A stretch of 64,000 nt of DNA from Eledone cirrhosa (lineage: Eukaryota), in contig OZ024753.1 in the NCBI GenBank assembly GCA_964016885.1, positions 992,001-1,056,000 of the forward strand. Reading direction: 5' to 3'. Made by a program: the position numbers and the translations under genes. Under the pieces are notes generated by a model that saw only the letters and a program-made list of their open reading frames with translations, was not told the origin of the DNA and made no database searches. The first letter of the stretch is position 1. Every line of letters starts with the position of its first letter. Shown one piece after another: positions 12,340 to 26,190 of the stretch.

Positions 12340-13281
12340 GTTTGGAAAGCTGTGAATTGTTGTAAAGAGCAAGGAAATGTGTCGGATAGACCCAGAAGTG
12401 GAACACCGCAAACTAAACAAACTCTTACTCATTAAAGCCTTTCGAGAAAGGATAAAAAGAAATCCGATAAGGTCCCTGAGAAAAATGGCAAATGAGGTCC
12501 AAGTAAGCCCTAGGACAATGAGAAAGATCATCAATGATGACTTGGGAATGTCTTCCTTCAGAAGAGACAAACCCTTTCTGTTAAGACAAAACAAAATAAG
12601 GCTACAGAGAAACAAGAATTTGCTTAAAGATATGAAAATGTCTGGTCAGATGAAAAGATTTTCACTGTTGAGCAGACACACAACCGAAGAAACGATCAAG
12701 TCATTGGAAAAAAAGCACCAGCAATCAGTGTTGACCCCAAATCTGTATTCCATACAATAAAACCAGCTTCTGTTGTGGTCTAAGGGCTGTTTCATCATCT
12801 TGGAGGTTTTCTCTCATTTTTGTGGAAGACAGGACAAGAATCAGCTCCCAATAAATGGCATTCTGGAGTCTATGCTTGCTTTTGCAACTGATCATTTTGA
12901 CAATGATTATCTGTGGACCTCCCAACAAGATGGAGCCATCTCCCAGAGACCATTTTTCGAGGTTCTGGCCTCCTTGTTTGCCTGATTTGGACCTTATGGA
13001 CTTTTCAGTATGGTCTATCCTTGAAGGAAAAGTCCATAAAACAGTCAATGATTTAAAGGCATCTTTACTGAGCACTTGGAAAGAAATTCCCCAAGAAATG
13101 TTGTGTGCTTTGGTGAAAGATGTTCGACGGAGGTTAGAGGTTGTTATTGCTGCAAGAGGGGGCAATTTTGAATAAACTCTATACATTATATTCTAAAGAT
13201 ATGTACGTTGCTGGGCAATAAAGTTAGTAGTTTTGTTATTAAAAGCATTTTTATTTGCTTCCAAACTTATGGCCCACCCTG
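12340..13281 (+). mobile_element. Decayed IS630-Tc1-mariner element, maT/DD37D (Bmmar1-like)
   Basis: Frameshifted RIKRNPIRSLRKMA, WSDEKIFTVE, QQDGA, WPPCLPDLDLMDFSVWS, IAARGGNFE. Right TIR ...ttatggcccaccctg|TA. Confidence 0.85.
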
Positions 13282-14239
13282 TATCTAGTGGGGGTATTTT
13301 TGTACTTTCAGTTATTTAATGACAATGAGTCTGGGATAAACGCGGATTTGATGAGCCTCTAGGTTTTGGACAGGCTTTAAGTCTTTAACTTTAATATATA
13401 TAAACAATAAGAGGACTGTTTTATATACAACACATTTGTCTTTGTTTTCTATCTATGTTTGTCTGTCCCCTCTTGCTGTGATGTTTTTATAGTGAAACAA
13501 CAAATGATATATATTTCTTTTTGAAGTTTTGGTCTTATAGTGTTTCAATGATAAAACTACTTGATGTCTCTCTCTCTCTCTCTCTCCACACATTATTTAC
13601 CCATACAAAACATTTGTTGTTTTGTCCCAACCCAATCTCTACTAATGTGCATTGAGTGCCCATTTGAAACTTATCTACCCTTGTAGTTAGAAATACCCCT
13701 GAAATATGTATATATGCTATGGTTAAAGTACCTTTTCTCGATTTTGATTTTTTCAAACTGAATAATATTCTCATAAGTATGTGTTTTGTTTTAAACATGG
13801 TGAAAAGAAAGACAAGAAAGCACAAATTAACTATACCTGAATGTCTATGGCATCCCTTCCCACAAATTTTAAAGGAAGAACTGACAAAAATCTATAAATA
13901 GACTGACTCTGGTTTTAGTGACTTGGTCAGAGCTTATGAACACCAACATCTACAACAATAACAGCAACATCAAAATGATAAAAAAGCCAAACAACATCAT
14001 CCACTGCCATCACTACCACCCAGTCAAAATGATCAAACTTTATGAAAACACACTAGCAGCTTCAATTGTACCCATGCTTTCAAAAAAAAAGAAGAAAAAC
14101 TCCCAATCTCCATCATTATTTGCATCGCTACCAGCAACAGTGGCCACAACTATAGTATTAATAATAGTAATATATATGTGTGTGTGTGTGTACGCATGCA
14201 TGAGTGTTTGAGTGTGTGAATAAATGTGTGTACATATGC

Positions 14240-16395
14240 ACGGGTGTCATTAAGTGAGAAGGAAACTCCTTAAAACTTGCAACTGAAGCAAGGCATGTCA
14301 CTGGACTCTAGTTGTGGATACTTAGAGAGTGGTACTCATTTTGTACAGGCATTTACCACTATAAAATGCTGATGTACAGACGTCATATCTTTCTTCGTCT
14401 ACCCTATTTCTGAAATACTGCAGTGATAGACGAATGATAACATGTGCAGACCTGACCAGTTGCAAGCTTATAGTCACAAGTCTGCACACTGGGGGGCTTG
14501 AGCTTACTTTGCCTCACTCAAGCAGGAATAAGAATAAAACAAAATGTAAAAAATACGCGAAAGATCAAGTCAAACGTCTGGACATCCTGAGCATAGAACT
14601 GCACTTGTGACAAAAGAACACAGAAGATTGAACATAGGCATATCAGCTTTATCAAACATGTTTGCCAGGAGAAGATCAATTAACAAAAGTATCATTTGTT
14701 CTCTCTTTTTGGGGTAGGTAAACCCATAACTGAACGGAGAATAGGCGGTGTTGGCTTTGCCATATGAACATCACTGCTTGATCGTATGGAATGTCCTACT
14801 GGTGTAACCAATAACATTATGAAGCTTTGTATTCCTCTGACACATGGCTGTTATGTAACACTCTTATCTCTTTATGCACCAACCCTACAGACAAGTGAGG
14901 TGGTATTTGATTCTTTCTAAAAGTCTCTTTATGCTGTCATTGCATGCAAACCTGCTGACGATAAGTTATTACTTCTCAGTGATTTCAATGCTCTTGTGGG
15001 TGATGATCACATGACGTGGGACACATTCGGTATCGGTAAAATGAAGACTAGCAGCCTGAGGTTGCTTGAACTCTGCTCAGAAGCTCAAATATAAATCTAC
15101 ATGGTATCATCCAAGATCCAAGTATGGACACATGATTGATTTCATCATCACTCGTAAATGAGATCTAAGGGATGTGTGTACAGTGTGTGTTTTGCAGTGT
15201 ATAATGTGGTACTGACCACAAATTACTAACTGAGGAAAGTTCAAGATGAGTATCCACAAAAGAATTCATATGAGTGGAGTGAAAGCACCGAAATGCATTG
15301 ATGTCACCAATTTGAGGCAAGCAGATGTATGTGCAACCTTAACTGAAAGATTTGATAACTTTGATTTTGATGGCATTTTGGAAAACTTTAGAGTTCAGGT
15401 TTACTCAGTGGGAGCTGAGGTACTTGGCTTCAGAACCAAAAAACACCAAGACTGGTTTGATGACAACAATCCTAATATCAATCAGCTACTAAAAACCAAG
15501 CACACTCTCTATGAAAAGTTCCTGAATCAGAATCCCATAGCACAACCAGCTGTCGATAAAGCCTACAAAGATCACTAGGCAACACTGCAACACAAACTAC
15601 GCATGATCAAAAATGAGTGGTGGAGTAACATCTCTTCAGAAATCCAACAGGCTTTTAACACCAAATATTCAGTCATTTTGCTTATTGATACGCCAAGTCT
15701 TCGGCCCAACAACATACTCAGTAACTCCTCTGAGATCTAAAGACGATGCCAATATCACCATCAAAGAGCCATCAAACATCCTTCAGTGTTGAGAGGAACA
15801 CTTTACTGACCTATTTGACAACCCATCAGCAGTCAATTTTGAAGTGATAGAGGGCCTTCCTCACTGTGAAACAGTGCATTGTATGGATCGACTTCTCTCT
15901 GCTGATGAAATAAAGCTGGCAGTCAAGTAGGTTAACTCTGGCAAGGCACCAGGTCCAGATGGTATCCCAGTCGAACTGCTGAAAGTCGGTAGTGATAAAT
16001 GTCATCACAGATTGCTGGAATGGGACCTCGGTTCCGCAGGACTGGATCAATGGTATTTTGTTATCATTATACAAAGGCAAAGGTGAAAAATCGATGTGGC
16101 AACTACTGTGTTATCACTGTGTTGGAAGCTGTTGGCAAGGTTCTTGCAAGACTTTTGCTCAACAGACTGGAGGATATCTGTCCTATATCTATCCCAGAAT
16201 TTAGAGGAGGAAGAGAAACAGTTGACATGTTTTTCTCTGTAAGACAAATACAAGAAAAATACATTGAGCAGTGTGGCCCTCTATATCAAATCTTTGTTGA
16301 CCTAACAAAAGCTTTTAACACAGTTAACAGAGGGAAAGTAGGATATCCACCCAAGTTTGTGTATATGCTAAATCAGCTGCACAGAAACATGAAGT
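14240..16395 (+). mobile_element. Decayed RTE-clade LINE (APE endonuclease plus N-terminal RT), 3'-truncated
   Basis: Motifs GVGFAI, DFNA, WYHPRSK..HMIDFII, TDHKLL, APGPDGIPVELLK, RGGRETVDMFF, FVDLTKAFNTVNR with many stops. Confidence 0.88.
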
Positions 16396-16434
16396 ATGTA
16401 TATATTATTGTTATTATTGACATATGTCAGTATT

Positions 16435-16975
16435 GAAAGACTATGGATCTGCACCTGTAGAATTAGTCACCTCTCCAGGGCGCAGGCCTGAGTAGGGTTT
16501 TATGGGAGATCGGCAGTTGCCCTTGCAGCATGTCTCCCCTCTCCACACCACTGGTGTTGTCCAAGGGAAGGGCAGAGGCCAATACAGTTTGGCACTGGTG
16601 GGGTTTCAGGAGTTGCCAGAATGAGGTTGAACTACTTTAGGGACTCCGTCTCCAGATTTATCGTTGGGGTTTACTCCTGAAGCCTTTTCCTCAAGTGGGT
16701 ATAGCTGCAAGGCAGCAGAGGTTTAAGTTCAGAGTTTGCCTCCTAGGCTGACGAATTCAATCTACCTAAAGCACTGGTTTGAAGGCACCAGAACCCACCT
16801 ATGCCCCTCTGTTGGTTGAGACATTTCCACTAGGCTTGTATGTTAAGCCACATAAAAAGGCCAGGAATTGGACTTGGTTGCCAGAGGATATTTGAGGTGC
16901 ATGCCGCAAGGAGCATTTTTTGAGCAGTGCGAACTCATCCCCACTGCTACTCCTCGGCCTAGCAACCTTGGAACC
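16435..16975 (-). mobile_element. 5' UTR-type segment of an RTE element (AviRTE-like, from memory)
   Basis: Minus strand has blocks ctgccttgcagctatacccact, aaggcttcaggagtaaacccc, ggagtccctaaag, ggagaggggagac. Similar to the tail of the SINE at 25865-26190. Confidence 0.55.
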
Positions 16976-16997
16976 AATGTATAAATATATGTATATG

Positions 16998-17033
<36 letters not shown>

Positions 17034-17048
17034 AAAATAACAGATTAA

Positions 17049-17099
17049 AGTTTAAGCAAAGAATTGCTGCTTTCACCCTTAACAGGATCTTCTGAAACT
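17049..17099 (-). ncRNA. Type I hammerhead motif with one core change (CAGAAGA)
   Basis: AGUUU-CAGAAGA-U-CCU guuaa GGG-U-GAAA-GCA...UGC-UU^AAACU. Partial second copy at ~38863-38907. Confidence 0.55.
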
Positions 17100-17666
17100 A
17101 AAAAAATCAATCTGTGAACGTAGATGTAAATATTTCGAAAAACGTTGCAACCGAAGGAAGACAGGAAGACAATACTTTGGTTCCCTGGCAAAGAACGGAA
17201 AAAACCGAAGATAATACAACATTATTTGGAGCGGTGAAAACAATTACACGCAAAGACAAAGCCATGTTTATGGTATAAATGAAGTCGTAGACTAATATTC
17301 TATTAGGTGGTTCGTGGAGACGTTCTCTGGCAATGAACGGAAAAAACATATATATATTTGATATATATTTATCCTTATTGAGCCTTCTTTGGATTTTAGT
17401 CTTCAAATTTATTATTATTATTATGACGCCATGCTTTCTAGCATAGTTACGGCCCTTTCCATTCTGAGTTCAAATCCCGCCGAGGTTAACTTTGCCTTTC
17501 ATCCTTACGGGAGTCGATAAAATAAAGTACCAGTAATACACTGGGATAATTGGCAGGAGCTCAGCCATTGGGGTCCCAACTCCTTCATATTACCACACTC
17601 TACTACCTCAAGTATCGAGTACTCTGGTGAGTAATGGTCTAACAGGTTTTTACTGCAGCAATTCTG

Positions 17667-17724
<58 letters not shown>

Positions 17725-18024
17725 CTTCCCCGAAAGAAGTCGGCCCACTCTCTCATCCTATTACAGCTAAGCCCTAAAAATATCTAAATTTGTTTAACGG
17801 CATAGTTACTCTCCCACCCACCCATATCCACCACCTTCTGGTTTGCTGTTTGGCAGACATGGCTTTGCATTCCCCCCCCCCCATTACTTTTCACAGTTAC
17901 CCTGCTGCATTGTATATTATTTGTATTGTATGTTGTATAAATTGTCTATAAACATATATATGTGCATATTATATATGTATGTTGCATCTGTATATATACA
18001 TATTGTGTATGTCATATTTATATC

Positions 18025-18061
<37 letters not shown>

Positions 18062-20021
18062 GTATGTCATATGTTATTTATATATATTATATATGTATAT
18101 TGTGTACTACATGTGTTATATACCTGTATTATGTTATGTATATGTATGTAAACCCAGCTCAGCCCACACCATAAGTGGAGTTTTGTGCTTAGGAAGGGCA
18201 CCCAACCAAAACATGGGCTCAATATGAGCAAGGTATAGCATGGCCAGGCCTGCCTCATATCAGTGCCAGCCAGTTCCACATTGTAAATGTGGTTGGTGTT
18301 AGGAAGGACAGCCAGTAGCCATAAAAAACCCAGCCTAAACATGGTCCCTGCTATGAGCAAGGTACGGCACAGCCAACTGGCTAGACCTCCCTCATAACAG
18401 GACCACCCAGCTCCCTAAATATGGTTCCGCTATAAGCCGGATATGGCACGGCCAATTGGTCAGACTTGTTTCCTATCAGGACCACCCAGGTCCTCACTGT
18501 AAACATGGTTGGAGGTTTGGTAGGACATCCAACAACTGTGAGAAATCAGCCTAAATGCAATCCCATTATGAGCAAGGTACAACATGGCCCACTTGTCAGA
18601 CCTGTCTGATAACAGTGCCACTCGGTTCCACACTGTAAACATGATTGGTGTTAGGAAGGGCATCCAGCTGTAAAAAGAACCGCATCCATAATACAGTTCC
18701 TTTTGAGCAAGGTATAGTGCGGCCAACTGGCCAGACTTATATTGTAAAATGGACGACCCGTCTAATCCATGCAAGCATGGAAAAATGGAAGTTAAATGGT
18801 GATGACGATGATGATGATTCATACCCATACACCCTATCACTGCCCTCCCAGCTTGGGCAAAGACATAAGTGCTCTTGTGTTGAATAGCAGTAGTGTTGTT
18901 GCCACAATAAAAGACATCCGGCCCACACTGTTAAGTGGTAACGTTGGTGCCACAATAAAATGTACGCAGCCCATGCTGTATAGTGGAATGCTTTGTTAAT
19001 TCATAAACTTTATATCATGTGGCAGTGTATGTTTGAAAAACTTAATCATTCCCTTTGATAAACTGATAAAGAAGTGAGTAAAAATTTCTTTTGATTTTCA
19101 AAGTCCTCAGCTTTCTTGAAAACACAGTTCAAGCAAATTCAATGTTCACAAAACCTTACTCTGTACAAGGCACCATTATTTTGACTTCAGAATCAATTTC
19201 AACATTTCCTTACAAATGTCATTTTTCATCATTAACCATTTCATACAATAATTTTATTGATATACACTCCCCCGTGTGTTTCAATTAATCATATAAATTA
19301 ATCAAGAATCTAGACTAACTAAATGTTGCATAATTAAGGTGTTGTCTGGGATATAACAAGAACTTTTCAGACAATACAGTCTTGTCTGATGACTCTGAGT
19401 AGATAAAAGAAACTCCACAAGACTCAAGCTTGGTTTTAATATAGAATACATAGTGTCTGCAGTACAGAGATGTGGAAGACCACAAATGAGAGAAGCACTC
19501 AATACTTAATACTTGTTATGATACAGAGTTGGTATATTAGTGAGATAGAAGATCGACTACGGGCTCAGGTGGTTTAGGCTAGTATCCTCTTATATTTATA
19601 TATATAATCTGTGCTAATGATAAATATATGGTGTCATCATCTTACGTCCGTTCTTCCACGCTAGCATGGGTTAGACGGGTTGTCCTGTTGTGGCCAGTGT
19701 CCGGTCGGCTGACCTTTTTTGCTCATACGGGAACTGATTCTGGCTTGATTTCTACAGCTGGGTGCCCTTCCTAACACCAACCTCATTTACAGTGAGTGCT
19801 GGGTGCTTTTTTTCCGTGGCGCCTACACATCCACTTTACAGTGTAGGTTGGGTGCTTTTTTGCTGTGGCACCTCCACGACCACTTTGCAGTGGGAGGGTG
19901 TGGGGGCATATTGTCTATATGCTTCAGCTTCGGCTTGTACCCGTGGGGGTCGGGTCTTCTGTATTACTGCGTGACGCCAGAGGTAACAGTCGTGTGTCAT
20001 TGTATTTGAGAGGTGTAATTG

Positions 20022-20074
<53 letters not shown>

Positions 20075-21618
20075 TCCCGGGTTCAATCGGGGGTAACCAC
20101 ATTTAGTAAGGTACTCAATACATTAGTAGAGTGTAAACATCAAGTTTAATATGGAAATGGCTTCTACAGGACTAGAACTGTTTCATTAAAAAAAAAATCA
20201 TTCTTTCGAATATATATATATATACATACACCATATGGTCAACATTTTTTGCCGTAAAGTCTTCAATCCCCTTTTGTAAAAGAGACAATGTAAAAGCCAA
20301 CGACACTTTATATCATAAAGATGAGACTGCAAGAGTCTAGAAACTTTGACAGTGGATTTAGAAACTTTATTCTTCCAAATGAACAGCAAAATTTCATAAG
20401 GAAATACGAAAAAAATACCCAAAACAAATTTTTAAAAAGTTAATCAAGGATTAGTTTATATTTTTTATTTTCATTCTATTCTATTTTATAATATATAAAA
20501 TATTTCGTGTCATAGTAGAAAAGACACCAGCCAGTGCGTATGTGTAGATGTGAGTGTGGAAGAATTGTGTAGCATGAGCGAATTTATAAGTGTAATATTT
20601 ATCGATGAGTACGAATGAAAAATGCAGGTCAATGTATTTATGCCTGGATATTATATTTGTGCAGTTGAGTTCAAATCCCGCTGAGGTTAACTTTGCCTTT
20701 CATCCGTACGGGGTCGATAAAATAAAGTACCAGTAATGCACTGAGATAATTGCTGGCCTTGTTCCAAAAGTAGAAACAATTTTATTTGTGCAGTTGTAAG
20801 GGTTAAAAGGGAATCTACTTTTTCTGTTGTGCTCTTCTTCCTGCGTTATATAGGTGTTCACGTCCAAGGCAGCCATATATGACGTGCACAGCTGATGAAT
20901 GCTTACACTGCACATACATCAGTACGTATTATTAATACACAAAACAATTTCTACTGTAAACATTGTAGGATAATTGTTCTTCCGATTAAAATACATTTAG
21001 CTATGACAACCTTGGGTAATGTTTATATATTTATCTACTTAGGATGCTGCATTCACATACATACCCCCTCAAACACACATAGTTCGAAATTAAAAAGGGG
21101 GCGCTCGTTATGTGGTAACTCGACCTGCTAGAAATATCAACCAAATCTCATCAAATCACACGCCGGAAATGAAAGACACTTAAACAGATTACAGAAACAA
21201 AATAGGATAGCCATATTAGAAAAGGATCATACAGCTGACGTGAGCTAAACAACTGTAACAGTAAATAGATATTTATTACATCGCTAAGTGAATGATCGAT
21301 ATCTATATACCACCCCTGTATATACATTTTCAAATTCCGCTCACACATACATATATATATATATATACACATTCATACATATACATTTGTACATACATAT
21401 ACACACACACATTGTTTACATTTGTAACTGCTGTCTGTATTTCAGTTATCGTTTTGAAGGAAGTCATTTACGTCATTAAAAATCACAAATGTGTGTGTGT
21501 TTCAGCAATCACAACTAAGTTGTGATGGATGTGTACCAGTTATGCACTGGGGACGATTTAATAGACTTCCTCGTTTTCAAATTGCTAGCTTTGTGTGTGT
21601 GTGTATATAATATACATA

Positions 21619-21668
<50 letters not shown>

Positions 21669-22776
21669 GTAGTACTTTTATTGGGTCGTGACATTTCTGA
21701 TGGAATCGTAGGTGTAGTTCTGAACACAGAAAGAAACAAAAGAAAAACCAATAATCGCCCCCCCCCCCCCTTATTGAACTTTGCTATTCTATCAACGGCA
21801 ATATTTCATTCGTATTGATACAGCAGCTGGAGAATTTAATAATTATTTTATTTTACATTAAAATATATATTTGACAAAAAAAAAAAAAAGAACATTACAA
21901 GAAATCCCATATTCACGTTCGAACGTTCACTATACAATTACCGACCCCGACTCCGCCTCCACCGTTTATTCCACCCCATCCCATCTTATAAGAATTTAAG
22001 CAAATGACCAACCCCCCTCCCTATTATTTGAGACCCCGAGATTAAATCTAAAAGTGATGAGACCCTCGGCATGATTTGAAATCAGAACATTCTATCTGTC
22101 TTTTATAACGACTCCGTTATAAAATATAGTAAACAGATATGAGTATAAATGCAACCAATATACAAATAACTTTAAAAGTATCCTCCTATTACTGTCAGAA
22201 AGTAAAACCTACGAACACCTCTCTCTCTCTCTCTCCTCCTTCTTCTTCTTCCCCATCATTATGGCCTCTACCACCATCGCACCCACCATATCAACCCTAG
22301 TCCATTAAGAAAGTTTATCTAGTGCATCTACCCCCTTCTTCGCCACCTCTTGCCTTTCTTCTCTCACTCTTTGCCACAAACATTATTGTTTAAAGTCATG
22401 TCAGTGATCATCCCATTTTTAGATATTTGTTTTATTTTTATGCATACAGTGTATCGAGGACTTCATTATTCAATGTGTCCTTCATATTTTGTTAAAGTAG
22501 GCTTTGCTGCTATTTCTAGTTAATCGTCCGTTGTCTTTCAGGCCATGTCTGTCCTGTCAGAGCAGTTCTGTGTTCAAAGACGACTATTGTATATTAAAAA
22601 ACAAATCCATCATTTATGACCTACCTAGGACTACATTATATAAAGTCTTTTTTGTTTAATATTTAAACACGATCTGGTGTGATTTGGCTGCTATTTCTAA
22701 CAGGTCAAACGACCGCTTTAGACACTCATTGGCTCGTACAAAGCTGTTTTGTATTTCTCGTCTGTTTCCACTTCTT

Positions 22777-22816
<40 letters not shown>

Positions 22817-22953
22817 ATTTAAATCAACATCGCTCTATCTCATTTATTTATTTTTTTCTATAATATATTTATCACACTTTCTCCCGTTTTGTGTCTATCG
22901 ATGTTTTTCCGTCTGTCTGTTCTCGTCCATCTGTCTATCTAAATATTATTGCT

Positions 22954-22988
<35 letters not shown>

Positions 22989-24278
22989 GGTATTTTGTCG
23001 ATCAACCCTCTCAGTATTTCACTCACTCTCTCTCTGTCCTAGCATAAAAATATCCCTCTCTTTGTTGTCATCGCAATCTCTCTCTGTCTCTCTCTCTCAT
23101 ACACACACATTTCTAAGCCGTCTTCCTCACACACTCACTATTACTCCCCCTTTCACTCCCATACTCAACATAACAGATCAGCTCAGCTGATTTACCAATA
23201 ATTATATATCCGAAAGAGAAAGCGATGTTGCTGTACTGTCATGGCTTGCTTACCACTACATCACTCTATACTACAAACAGGCTTTAGCGAGTATGTTGTT
23301 TTTTTTTTATTTCCTCTACTATTTCTCTTCCACATACAGACATATATTTATATATATGACGTTTACGTGGGGTAACAATGTCTATATACAACACGTTTAA
23401 GTGTTAGTCTATATATTATTTATATACAGTACACACGTTCTTGTTGTTCCTATTCTAAGATATGAAAGAAAGAAACAGGGGAGAGTGTACTTCCTCTGCC
23501 TTTGGTGATATATGGTAATCTGGAACTTTATAGGGGGTTTTCGTCCCCAATTACCCTAGTTTGTTCTTCCCTACTATTGGGTTTTTTTCTTGTTGAAAAT
23601 TCATTGTTACATTTTTGTTTTTGTTGATTTCGAACCTTTTTGCTGTATGTAAACCCCATTTTGTGTTGTAATTCGTCCTTGTATTGTCCTTGTTAATAAA
23701 AGAAATTATATATATATAATATATAATCATTTTACGTCCACTTTTCATGCGGGAATGGGTGGAATGAGTTGTTTTGATCCAAGAATAGACTAGTTCGGGA
23801 ACCACATCTTACCCATATGTTCCATATTTTGGCATGGTTTTTACACCTTGATGCCTTTCCAAACACCAACTATTTTCCCCAGTGTACTAAGTATATTTTG
23901 TTCTGTCACCACCACTATTACTTTAAAGAGTGTACTGGGTGCATTTCATCATGGCATCAACACTAGGAAGGTTGTTGTGCTCTTAATACAACTGAAGACT
24001 CCTCTCAGTCCTATGTTTGGCAAGTTTTCTATAGCTGAATGCCCTTCTTAACACCAACCTCTTTACAGGATGTACTGGGTACATTTTTCGTGGCACCAAC
24101 AATAGAGTTTGTCAGTCATTGACTCAGCTGAAGAACCCTCTCTACACTATGAAAAGGAGGAACCTAGTCCTAAAGGTGTGAGAGGTGGTGTAAGATACCA
24201 TGGGTATGTATATGACAGTAGATGGGAGTGGTGGTGGAATAAGAAAGGGTGACATTTATGTCATTAGTATGGTGGTAT

Positions 24279-24490
24279 TTAACCCTTTAGCATTTACATT
24301 ACTATATATTTACTATTGTATTTTCACGGTAAAGGCTTTATCTCACATATTATCAAATATATGAGATTTTGTTATTATTTTGAGAACAATGCCTTAACAT
24401 CAGTATGAGTGGACTGTTACAGCCGGTTTGAACAGAAAGAGGTGAGAGAATCCTAGCCGGATATGGCCTGTTTAAATGCTAAAATGTTAA
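24279..24490 (-). mobile_element. Same piggyBac-like MITE, orientation B (also 26363-26594, 36880-37095, 53814-54030, 54716-54930, 59493-59698, 59765-59991)
   Basis: Reverse complement of the 1603-1819 family with TTAA flanks. Confidence 0.8.
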
Positions 24491-25864
24491 GAGCATGATG
24501 TGGTAGTGGGGGGATATATTATGGGTTTATGACAAGTTTGGTTTGGTTTAACAGGATGGAGCAAGGGTAGTGGATACAATGGGGATGAGATGTGCTATAA
24601 AAGAGCGATGGTGAGGGAGTTGGGTAAGCAGAGGTCAGGTGATAACTACTCAGAGGATCTTTAAAATGGGGCATGTGTAGCTGGATAGATATGAGGGTGT
24701 AGAAGATCCTATAGCAGCAATGGGTGAGCAGGGGTTACTGGAAGCACACTAGGCATCTTGTTTTATGCCAGTAGGTGAGTTTTCTCCATTACCACTTATC
24801 GCCAATCCTTGTGATCCTTCGTCATCTCTAAGGTTGGACTTTACTACTTCATCGTGTGTATTTCTCGATATACCCCACTCCATCCTCCCACTCCCGCCAA
24901 TACCACCCTTTCTCTATAAAGTTATGTTGGTACTACAACATCCAGTCCGAACTAATGAGATTGTGTAGGTGTCACGACAAAAAAACACATAGTCCACGCT
25001 GTAATGTGGCCGTGTAGGTAACACGGTAAAAAGTTCCCAGTCCACATTGTAAATATGGTTGGTGTTAGGAAGGGTATCCAGTCGTAGAAAACTTACCAGG
25101 TAGTCCTATACGAGCGAGACACAGTCACCCGACCAATCTTGCCTTAAGTGGGACAACTCCCGTCTAACCCATGCAAGTGTGGAAGATAGACATTAAACGA
25201 TGATGATGATGGTACCACATTCCATGAGTCCCATCTACTGGCGTTTTTTTTGCATTTAACACCACTGTCATCTTCCATATACATCAGATGTCCATACCAG
25301 CATAGTCTTCTCTCATGCACACTGCATCCGATTCTTCTTATACAATTTTTTCTCTCTGCTCACCTGTGCTGTATTGTTCATGCAGACTAACATTGTTCAT
25401 CTATTGGAGCATAATGCCTTCATTTCTTTGTAGCCTACACTGAGTGTATTTTATCATGACACCAGCATCAGGGAGGTTGTTATGTCTTTGCCACAGCTGA
25501 AGAGTCCTCCTGACCCTTTATGGCTGGATGCCTGTTGGATTACCATTCATGAAAGGAGTAAAACTTTTCTTTTACAGAATCAAAGTACCACTGATTTAAG
25601 AATGTTCCATTCTTCTTCCATCAAGTTCCCTTGAACTTGTTGATTACAAAGACCTTTCAGCTCAGTGTGGTATTATAATTATTGCGACCATTGAAAACCT
25701 TGAAGATCTTAAGCATTTAATTTCTTTCTACCAATATTACATTGACATGTAGGTGATGGTTTTATTTCAAAGTTTTAATTTTGTTTGAATTTAACAGTAA
25801 TCTGTAGATGATATTGATCTTGTTAGCTGCACTTATGATATATTACATCTCTAAGTGTAAAGAC

Positions 25865-26190
25865 CCCCTTCAGACCATGGGATTTGTACCTAGAAAGTTC
25901 CCCTCCGAGGCACAAGTCCGGGAAAGCTTGTCTGTGGAAGACCAGTAGTCACTCATGCATACCAGTCTCCCCTCTCCATGCCACAGGTGTAGTCTAAGGG
26001 AAAGGGAAATGCTGATACAGCTTAGCACCAGTGACATTGCAACTCATTTCTACAGCTGAGTGAACTGGAGCAACGTGAAATAAAGTGCTTTGCTCAAGAA
26101 CACAACACAAAGCCCGGTCCGAGAATCAAACTCACAACCCCGCGGCTGTAAACCCGACGCTCTTACCACTAAGCGATGTTCCTTCACATC
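25865..26190 (-). mobile_element. tRNA-derived SINE with RTE-related tail
   Basis: A/B boxes on the minus strand (cttagtggtaag; gagtttgattc), body cttgagcaaagcactttatttcacgttgctccag shared with 2000-2140, 30136-30400 and 35940-36215. Confidence 0.7.

Noticed and set aside
13347-13385. Hammerhead-like ttgatga-gcct...aggc
   Set aside because: No GAAA box or stem III.
23462-23514. ATG-to-donor mini exon as UBAP1 start
   Set aside because: Weak donor and phase 2, incompatible with the 52204 exon.
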